This document shows, piece by piece, positions 50,109 through 60,000 of a DNA stretch of 60,000 bases; within the stretch, counting starts at the first letter, position 1; each line of letters starts with the position of its first letter. The translations under genes and the position numbers were made by a program. The stretch is from positions 25,546,001 through 25,606,000 of the forward strand of contig NW_024704742.1 of assembly GCF_018977255.1 (NCBI RefSeq), read 5' to 3'. Source of the stretch: Callorhinchus milii (taxonomy: Eukaryota). The notes beneath the pieces are model-generated. The model was not told the DNA's origin. It was given only the letters and a program-made list of their open reading frames with translations, and ran no database searches.

Positions 50109-50217
50109 GTTCTTTCTAAGATCGCTCTACTGTGTAATAGATCCATTTGGTTAATTAAATTAATGTAATCATTAACCAAATGGGTATATTACACAGTAGA
50201 GCGATCTTAGAAGGAAC
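50109..50217. repeat. Long inverted repeat: 47-bp arms with a 15-nt spacer
   Basis: Arms 50109-50155 and 50171-50217 are complementary at 44 of 47 positions. Confidence 0.95.
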
Positions 50218-53200
50218 AAAAACATTTAAATCATTTGACATCTGCACTAATTCACCAATGAGTAGCTATCTATGCATGCGCACACAGTGGATGTGATTCT
50301 GTACTCCAAGGGAGAATGGTTAAATAAAGGTAAACACAGTCCCTACAACACAGCATTATTTCCATGTGCAATGTTTTACGCAGAATATTTTTAAAACACA
50401 TACCAAAAGCAACATTGAGCAAAATGTATGAGTTGGGTGGGGGGGTTGAAAAGTATTAAAATACAGTAACACAAATATTGAGCTTGGAACTGCAAATTGG
50501 TCAGTGTGACCGTGTCATATGTTCGGTTACTCGATGTTATTGTAAAATTTACCACAATTAATCGGGACATTGTAATAGCACCAATATCCTGGTTTAACGA
50601 TTGGGTAAAACAGCCACATGCTAAATAATAATAATAATTCTTGCCTTTGATATGCAGTGTGGAGTAAGGCAACTTGCCTAACGTTTTGCAATTGGAGCTT
50701 TTAATGTAGTGCAATGTGCTGGAATGCTCTGCTACAATATCAGCCGATCTCTAAAACTAGTGGCAGACAGTAAATTTGAAATTGAACTGCAACTCAAACA
50801 ATGGAAAAACAAAGTTGACCTTTCTTGGTATAAAAAAAACTGAAGCATAATCAAATAGATTTGCACAATATAGTTTTAATCACAAAATCAGCAGTACTAC
50901 AAGATCAAGAGCTGTGAGATGCTGATTGCGCGAAGGACACTATATAAATGCAAGTTGTTGTTGTATTCTATTGATGTAAGAAAACGTGAAGGACCAACCA
51001 AGCAAAAATCCAACAGCTCAGGAAATCAGCCAATAATTGTTCAGGACCTAATCAGTCTATTACTGTATTTATATTTTCCCAACCCCAAAACTCATATTCT
51101 TTTACTCCTATGTCGCTGTTACTTCTCAGCCCGAGAGCAGCACTGAGCGATCCTCCCCGAATCATAGAATGTAAAAATTGCCCTGTGGTCATTCCATTTT
51201 CTGTGAAGTGTATGTACATCACTGTGCAATGAGATGTTCTAGCACAATGTTTAGCAATCCATGCACTGTCATAGGAAGAGAGAACCTACCACTAAGGGCT
51301 TTCCTCTTCTGCAACATTTATACAACCCACACCACTTTGCTTGCTGAATGATAATCACCTCATCTGAAAGCCTAAGGACTTTCAGCAGTGGGGCTCCACA
51401 ACTTTATCCCCTCTGCATTCTCTGACTGAATGCCAGTTTAACCTTTGAACGCAGTAGCAGCTGAGCAGATTGATATAAAGAGATTTGAGGCATGCCATTT
51501 ATTTCTGTGCTACTCCGCTGCTGTGCAGAAAACATCTGCACACTGCAGCTGGTTTAACCATCTTGGACTAATTTGCAGGCTTAAATCAGACAGTTCTTGT
51601 TATTTTACTAGCGTCAAAAATAATTAATTGGATGTGTCTCCTCACTGGCTGATATTCGGATATTTGTCAGAACTTTATGCCATCATGTAGGTCTGGTCAA
51701 CTGCAGAATTACAGCTGTAGATACAATCCCTCCCCCGGCTCTTCCCTCTCTATTTTAAAATGCTTTATGAAGATCTATGTCTTTGTGCTTTCAGTCACTT
51801 CTCTCCCACACCCCCTCTCAGCTCAGGCTCCTGATCAATATGTGTAAAGTGCTTGAAGACACTCTCTCAATGTGGAAGGTGTTACATAAGTGTAAATTAT
51901 TGTCACCGTCCCCACAAGACTAAACATGCTTCCCTTGCTTGTGTTTTTTAAATGCTCCTCCTCACCCACACCCCAATTCCAGATTTTTTCTGGAATTTTC
52001 ATTCGCATCAAAGAACTACAAAAACACTAACTATAGTTGACACCAATAACTGCTCTTTGCTATGTTTGAACAAGACAAGCTGCTATGTCAAATGCATGGA
52101 GTCTTATTTATTGTTGTAAAAAAAGAGCAATACCTTGCTATTCAACTAGATGGCACTACCCAGTGTAGAATTACAACCTAAACACCTCTCCCGGGCCAGC
52201 TGATGCATTTGTGGCCGTTTTGTCTCCTAAGTGTATATGTTTCAGCTCAGGTTCCCACTGGCATGATGAAGGCTTTATAGTAGGTCACAGGGATCAATTG
52301 CCGTTGTAACTCAAGACCCCTAAAGAGCAACTAATACCCAAACAAAGTAGTAGGGGTGGCCTGTGCTTTAGGGAAATGGAGACCCAAGAGACAGTCAGCC
52401 TGGCTGCATCTAATCTCATCATCGAAACTATACCCTTGGCTTCTGTTTTACATCAGTATAGCAGGGAGACTTTGCTAGCATTCAAAAAGATCAAGAATGT
52501 TGACAGAAACGTAGGTCAGCGAAAAACCGAACCGTGGCGTTCAATTCATCGTGTTCCTAAATCCTCTCACTACAGGTGGCCTATAGGCAACAGCACAAGT
52601 GTCCAACTGTGTGCTTTATTTACAATTAAATTATTAGATACACAAGAATCTACATCTACAAGCCCAGGAGAACCTCACTTTCTTAATCGTTGGATCTCCA
52701 ATAAAACTAGTTTGGATATAGTGCGACCAAATGAACATTGTTACTACCTAGGTTCTTTCACATTCTCATACAGTGTGCCGTAACTTTGCACTTATTCAGC
52801 ATTGTTATGTTGACATTGTTATGTTGCACTGTTGTGTTGACACAAAAGGATATCACAACAACTGGCATTTATAAAGCGCCCTTCACCCTGGGTAGCGTCC
52901 CGGAGCACTTGATTAATATATTAATGAGCAATTCGGGCTGTTCTGAATGGGTTGAATTCTATGTAACGATTGAGCCTTTCTCGATCCAGCGATTTCAATT
53001 TTTCCCACTTCAATCAAACCGCACTGAGAAATCAAAAAATGTTGAAACAGCATCACATTCATCAAATGCCACATGCTTGAGTGTCATGAAATGTCATTGG
53101 TCGTACACAATGAAAGACCAAGCAGTGTGCATATCTGTACCATCCATACAGTCAGTGGGTATTGGAGATAAGAATTAGTTATACCATATCAAGTATAGAG

Positions 53201-54859
53201 GCTGTGGTCATCAAAAACAACAGGAGGTCACATATCCATGCACAGGACAAATTCAGTCTCTGGACAGCTTCCATTACCATCGTGCACAGTTACCGAATCG
53301 GAAGGACATTTTCAACTAAAGTTAGTGAAAGTGTTGGATTACTTACTTGGTGAGTTATCTGATCAAGTTAGAAGAATTGAGCCCAACCAAAAAGGCAGTT
53401 CAGGCTATGTTATTGTACTACAGATTTCTAAATATTTTCCAGCCACACACAAAGACCAAAACGAGTTTGTGAAAAAAATATTCATTTGAAAGGAGTATAA
53501 TGTGCTTGAAGACAGTAGATCCAGTAATGAAGTTGGCACAGCATGAAGAATGAAGTCTGAAGTCTCCAGTAGATCTGATAAACTAAGTAAGATTACATTA
53601 CAGTACAATGTAAATGAAATTGTTGCTTTGTTTCAGCTGGGTACCCAGGCACTGGAGACAAACTGGTACAAAATCTGCTGGGCCCCAAAGGGGAGAAGCT
53701 CGACTCAATTTACAGCCGGGCCCAAAAATATATCAGTCCAAAAATCCACAGAAACGTAACCAACCACTGTATTTTATATAAAACCTTATACAAATGCAAA
53801 TCCCACTTGTACAGAAAAATATTTTTGTGCAAAATCTTCTACAGATAAAATACTGGAATAAACATGGAAAAGGCATAGCTGCAAAACTGAACTTAAAGTG
53901 CAGAATGGAATCAGAAAGGTCGTCAACAGCGGGGTCTATCATACGTCAATCATTACTGCACTGCTGATCTTTTCGTTGTGCTTATTGTTAGTGATCTGCA
54001 CATGGTAGATTAGACATTGGCAAGGCAATGACAAAAGTTTAAAGAATTTCTAGCTGCCACATAATAAACACACAGCATGTAAAATGAGGAAAGACTACAG
54101 GTCAACCTTGGACCAGTCACAATGAGCAGAATGAAGCTATTGGAGTGCGGACGATGCCAAATGAAGAAGAATGAGCATGAAACACCAGCAAATACCACAT
54201 TTTGGTGGTGAAATTGTCCCAAGGCGAGAGAAGCAGACTGCAGTGTATATGTTACAGTGAAGTGGATGGAATGCCACCATCTTAGTTATTAAAATACATT
54301 AACTGTAAAGTTTGCACAAATCTTTTATTTGCAGGTATTTAAAAACTACAAACAGTAAAATTCCAGGGAACAATGTATAGCCAGGAGACACTACTAGACA
54401 GTAACCTCATAAATGAGCAAAAAACAAGGGAAAATAGGCCATCTGGATAGGCAGGTGTAATTACTGGCCTGCAATGTTATTCTTTACAAATTATACTGTG
54501 CTGTTTGTGAGGTAGTTTATTTTTTGTAAATAAGAGTTGGCAAATGGGATTTATTAAGTGCAATTCAGCATCTAATTAGAAGTCACTTACAAATCTTTTG
54601 GTGAAGAGATTTAACTTAGTGAAGTAAGTTTGAAGTAATGAACAAGCAAGTCATGTGAACAGAACTAAATGACCGTTTGTTTTTCCGACGTTCTTCCTTC
54701 CTCTTGCGAGGGTGCCAATTCATGCTGGGGTTCAACCATCATCTATTTGAGTACCCATTTATAAATGTATACAGCATAACCAATCGGCTGCAATATGCTG
54801 TACAGCAATAGAATTAGCTTTGAAAATGGGCTTGGTTGCTTACACTACACATAGCTCCA

Positions 54860-54985
54860 CAGAGGGCAGTTGATTAGCGATCAGGGAGGAAATTTCCTTA
54901 CTGAGATTCATTTCCCTGACAAAGATGCTCAGGCCACCTGTAGCATGCTGACCTATTTGAGATCAGCGGACTGAGCGCAAACTTG
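54860..54985 (-). mobile_element. AmnSINE2-like fragment, highly diverged
   Basis: Minus strand reads gctgatctcaaatagg...gctacaggtggcctgag...cctccctgatcgcta, following the recalled AmnSINE2 motif order. Confidence 0.5.
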
Positions 54986-57389
54986 GGGGTGAGGGTACTT
55001 GGACTGCATCAGAAGCAACTCCTGCCTCGGATAAGATGGGAGGTCAATAAACCATTCACATTTATTGCGATCCCTGCGCTGTTGGCAATGAAAACAGAGC
55101 CTATCATCCTATTTTTTTCCGTAAATTTTTTTCTCTCTATTCTCTCTCTTTGTCGGACATTAATTCTACACCTTCGCACTCTCCAGCAGCAAAAATAATC
55201 CAGTGGTGCGTACACGCAAAGTTGCGTGCATGTGCATGAGGTTATCAAGAATGCGATTTAACCAGTGTGAGTAAATTGTATGCCTAGTAACCTAGCAACT
55301 TTGTACATGCACACAAACAGATGTCCAATTCTGTTGGCTATCACAATTGGAGGGGGGAGGGGGAGAGAGGACATTCTGTCTATTTATTCCATAATTATTC
55401 TATCAAGAGAACAAAACCACTGGTTTTATACAAGGCTTCAAGTGTCCTGAATTTCATCACAGCAAGTACAATTTCTCCATTTCAGAGTCTGTGCTATCCT
55501 CATTCAATTATAACATTTGTCCAAGTGTCTATAAAAGGCAGTAAAAGATTAAAATTTGCTGTGCCCCATTTCCCAATCATCTATCAGTGCAGGCCAATTC
55601 CAGAACAATTACAGTAATTCAGAATCAGGCAGGCAGAAAGTCATCTTTGAAGCAGTTCCTTTACAGCAATAAGTAGCTCACTGGTGCGCAACTCCTTCAC
55701 ACAATATGTAAATGAATACAGGAATAAAATATAATTGCACAAACTCAAGAAGTGGACAATATACTTTAATTGCATGCAGAAGTTACTATCATTTGGACCT
55801 GGAAAGGCATAGAAACAAACAGTGAATTCTTTTTGCTTAACAGCTTTACCAAGTAGGGGTCAACCCTGCAGCACAGCAGAAACTGAAGCAAAGCTCTCAC
55901 TTGTACACCAGCATGTACTTCATCTGTAGACTTTATTTGATACTGTGACTGTCTTCAAACATTAAAAGAGAAGCAGACAAATCAGGGGAGGGGAGTAACA
56001 ACTAAAATCCACAAACTGAAGGCAATTTTGTTTCAAGAATGCATTTTGATCAGATGTTCAGTAAAATAATCTATACTTAATATTCATGAATATTTACAAG
56101 CTGCAGCAGGTAGTTGATTTAACATTAACAGCCTAATCATCATACAATGTTGGCATTTCTAACGGAAATGTCTATATCTGGTGTTTTGGGTTAAATTGCA
56201 AAAGTACATGTTAAAGAGGAGCTCCTGCTGTTTGCCTGTACTTGTGCATCAAACAAAAAAAATGAAGTCAGAATCTTCAGATTTGCTTTTGATGTACAGA
56301 CTGGAGTCTGCAGTAATTGATCTCAATAAAAAAAAGCTTCACAAGAAGTTTCAAAGTACAAGTTTGTTATCTCAAAAGTGCTGGGTTGCTGAATTCAGAG
56401 TTGTGAATATCTTAAAAGAAAAACATAAATGAGAAGGCACTCCAGCTTTGTGGCAGTCAAAGGCTGCACTACTTACTTACCACAGGGTTCAGGGCTCTAC
56501 AACATTGCACAGCTGTTTACTGAGCTTTATTCTTCATTGAGTTCTGGTACGGAACATGGTACAAGGTAAAATATTATCTTATCTAACTAATCACTGCAAT
56601 AAACATGGATAAAACAAACAAATGCAATGGATCGAGAGAAAAACTAAACTTTTTTAAAAAAATCCCATGTGCCTTTCCCACAGGTCGCTCTGTGTTTGCA
56701 TGCTATTCCCAAACAAGAGGGTCGGAGATGGAGATTTCACTGTGTGTTGGGGAAAGTGAGGCCTCAAACTCGTTGTCAAGAACTTTGGGATGTGATTTGT
56801 TTGATATTCCAAATCGCTAACCTATTACTGATGGCTCTCCTGAGAGACAACTTTGACAAACATGATTAAGTACACATGTAGAAAGCCCAATTTTGTCCAA
56901 CGAACTCACTCTTGGATCATTGGAACTAAACATGCTGGCCCACCTCCGCCACTAGGAGGTGCTGTGGTAACACATATAAATCAGAGCTCACATACAACCA
57001 TTGACCAGAACCTTTTATTTAAAAAATCCCAGTCACTTCTGATAAATCCCACAATAGATAAGATTTTCCTATTCTTATTCCAAAATAACGCGACTGAAAC
57101 ATTTAACAAAATGTTAACTATGATGACTCAATCTCATTGCAAAATTGATGTACTTTGCTCAAACAGTTACAGACTCTTGACTCCAAAATATAGTAAAGAC
57201 GTCTTGAACAGTTTATTGTCCATTTCAAAAAAATTAGGAATGCACAAAAGATTTTGAAATAAAAACATATTGGAAATTCACAGCATGAACTCTGATTAAA
57301 CATCCTCGATACAAATAAAATTGATGTTTTAACCAATAAACACTGGAAATACCTGATGCAACTCCAAGATGAGGTTTTCTGAGCTACAG

Positions 57390-57823
57390 GTGGAATCGCA
57401 TAGTGCATTGGTTAGAGCACTTGCCTCACAAGCGAGAGCACCCGGGTTCGATTCCAGGGCAGGGCGAAACCTTAGTACGTTTCCTTACTCCACACGCCTC
57501 TGTATACCAAGCAGTAAGTAGGAACCCAGTTGTTAAATCGCGCTTTGGGATGTCTTCCCAATGTGAAAGGCGATCCATAAATGTTATTTTGTGGTTGTTG
57601 TTGTTAGTTTATTGGTGGATCGCTTTCATGGGGAAATAATCCCTCAAACAAAAAAATGTAGTCATTCAATCCATGACTGTGGGACACTGCTGTGCACAAT
57701 TGGCTGCCGTGTTTCGCCCACAAAATACAGTCAATTCACTTCATATCCTGTGAAGCTCTTTGAGACATGTCAACAATGTAATAAGGGGCTATATCCAGTG
57801 CAGGAATTATTTTTTATTATTAT
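57390..57823 (+). mobile_element. tRNA-SINE, long form, with an L2 tail inserted at ~57541-57604
   Basis: Head with gggttcgattcc, central gcctctgtataccaagcagtaagtaggaacc segment, nested tail ending (ttg)n, then the SINE 3' half. Confidence 0.88.
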
Positions 57824-59850
57824 TCATGTTGTTTCCAATTGAAATGGTTTGTGTAAATAGAGCTGCATTTTGATCATGATAAGAGATTACAGCAATCAAC
57901 TTTTCACAAAGGATGTAAAGAATTTTCCCCACAAAATATACTTTACTGTATATTCTGTGAAGCGCTTTGAGACATCTAGAAGACGTGATATGGCGCTATA
58001 TGAAATGCAAGGATTATTATTATTGTTGTTATCATAACTACACTTCCATTATTGGACTGTGCCTACAGAAAATACAAGCTTTTACACTGACAGGACAGAG
58101 CATTTCACATGATACCACCTTGTGGTAATAATGTGCTGTGCAATTACTTCATGAGGAAAGATTTACAAACATATACTAATGGCTGATTATTTAGGTCAGG
58201 CGGACATTAACATTCATCCATTCATCCAAAATTGGTACAGCCAGTCTCTTGTACCTGTCCCCAGGGCAAGGATATCAAGCCTGCATATTGCAATTCAGCA
58301 CACACCAAAAGGAGAATGATCGAGGCCTCTTGAATGGAGACAGCCTCAGCTGGAACTTCAGAAGACAACAATATAGCTAGTTGTCTGAGTAATTGGCATC
58401 AATTCAATTCCATCTGGCACAGAACAGAGCAATTGTCTTTGAGAACTTACTTTGGGTGTTAAATACGTCTAAGGTTTCTCTACCTCACAGTTAAAGCTAC
58501 CTGCTAAACTTTAAGGTCTAATCAAGCCAAACAATCAGTGCGATAGTTAAATGGATTTAAAAAAAATAAATCGCAACACAAATGCAGGAGAGGAGTGAAA
58601 CACTGAAATAACTGATCCTAACCATTGACTAACTGCAGTACTACGGGATACATTTGCTTCTTAAAATGAGAGAAAGTACGATTTAAAAAAGATCTGTAAC
58701 TTGCATCTTCCTCTGTTTACACAAAACACAAAAATCACACCTGGCCTTGTGTTATACCGTGCAGTAGAATAAATGGCACTGCCTAAATTGCTTCCAAATA
58801 AATAATTAAAGACTTCTATTTCTGGCAGAAACAGCAGTAAAAAGGGCTGATTCATGCTGGAGTGCAGTCCAATTCTCCTGTAAATCAAGAATTATATTAT
58901 ATAAAGTCAGCTAAAATATGGGTTAGAAAAACCCTGCTTTAAGAGGTCAGACAAATACGAAAGCAGTTTTTGTAAGCCCTTGTTTTTGTAAGCTCTTTTA
59001 GACAATACTTATTGATCATGATATAAGAGGCATTGCTGTGGTCCCACGTTGTGTTTGTTGTGTGTTGCTCAGGTCAACTTTTGAAAATAATTTTTTTTTT
59101 TGGCATCGTTCAGCACTCAAGCGACTGATTGAGCGAGGATGCTGTCAGTAAGGCACCAGGTAAACACATACCTGATCCAGACACAAAATCCCAATGAAGC
59201 AAACTACTAACTATTCAGTCCAATGTATATGCAATTTGTGATCCAAAATTGGAATTAATTTCTATCAAGGATCCTCAACACGGAATTCAAAAACTCACCA
59301 AGGCAACTTGGGGAACTGCACTCTAACTCGATCTACTTTCAGAGTAAAGCTCCCACTGATCGATGTAGCCTGATTCCAGTTACCTAAAGGAGTCCTCAAT
59401 CAGATTCCTTAATAAGAACCCAACATAGTTAATATATAAGCGCTGCTTTAACATGAAAAATTCTTGAATTTGGAGGACTTCTCTCCTTCCTTAAGGGACT
59501 GGCTCATGCTGGAGTGCAGTCAGAAATGTGCCAGCAGCTCTCCTGTAACTCCGAAACACTGATTGCTCAGCGCCTTGGGACGTCCTCCCGACGTGAAAGT
59601 CATTATACAAATGTAGCATTGTTGTGTTGTTGTAACTCAACAACATGGCTGTTTGTGTGCAAGAGTTGATTCGCACGTGACACACAATGCTGTCCCATCA
59701 TCCCATAACATGCACACACGTGCACTTTTTCACTGGATAACTAAATCCTGACTGGCAATTTCCCCCTCTCCAGCGTAGAACACAAATGTAGCACTCATAC
59801 CACCATCACTGTGGAGATAATACCTTCAAAAATAATCATAATTTGGTTAC

Positions 59851-60000
59851 TGAATCTACGACTTTTTGGCTGCAGCTGCCCATCCATCACATGCTATTTT
59901 ACAGCTGAAGATCCACCCTTCACTCGCCTCACAAGCGAAAGGATCCGGGTTCGATTCCTGGGCAGGGCAAAACCTTAGGCAAGTTTCCTTACTCCACACT
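59851..60000 (+). mobile_element. tRNA-SINE variant with a non-tRNA 5' extension, cut by the window end
   Basis: Matches the reverse complement of 17250-17386. Confidence 0.8.

Noticed and set aside
52376..53489. Cluster of plus-strand ORFs and a donor-like ttg|gtgagt at ~53350 as an antisense gene
   Set aside because: No recognisable protein similarity, no coherent exon chain, and one ORF runs through a retroposon tail.
41620..60000. STX18 exon 1 and promoter
   Set aside because: No MAVDIT-like coding sequence or CpG island was found; they probably lie beyond the window end.
1..60000. CRISPR array or prokaryotic defence system suggested by recurring short repeats
   Set aside because: The recurring motifs are dispersed retroposon tails in both orientations with irregular spacing, inside a spliced eukaryotic gene.

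Overview
This is vertebrate genomic DNA, AT-rich and dense in repeats. The repeat set (tRNA-headed SINEs with L2-type tails, L2, CR1, DeuSINE and AmnSINE2-like copies, Penelope-like remnants) suggests a cartilaginous fish, probably elephant shark or a relative; this is inference. The whole window appears to lie inside syntaxin-18 (STX18), transcribed on the minus strand. I read six internal coding exons: 41552-41619, 20334-20449, 13380-13457, 11460-11526, 7317-7432 and 966-1054. All have GT-AG boundaries and splice in frame to 534 nt (178 aa), matching human exons 2-7 as I recall them. Exon 1 and exons 8 onward were not found and probably lie outside the window. None of the supplied ORFs is a real gene; they are repeat remnants or chance ORFs. 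The most notable signals are a nested multi-hairpin at 1356-1475, a palindrome with 47-bp arms at 50109-50217, two local templated duplications of 55 and 61 bp, a SINE variant with a non-tRNA 5' head, an unclassified repeat family with at least 7 copies, inverted SINEs flanking exon 3, a deleted mariner-type element, and enhancer-like blocks. I found no convincing new multi-gene system. Repeat boundaries are approximate and family names come from memory, not a database search.
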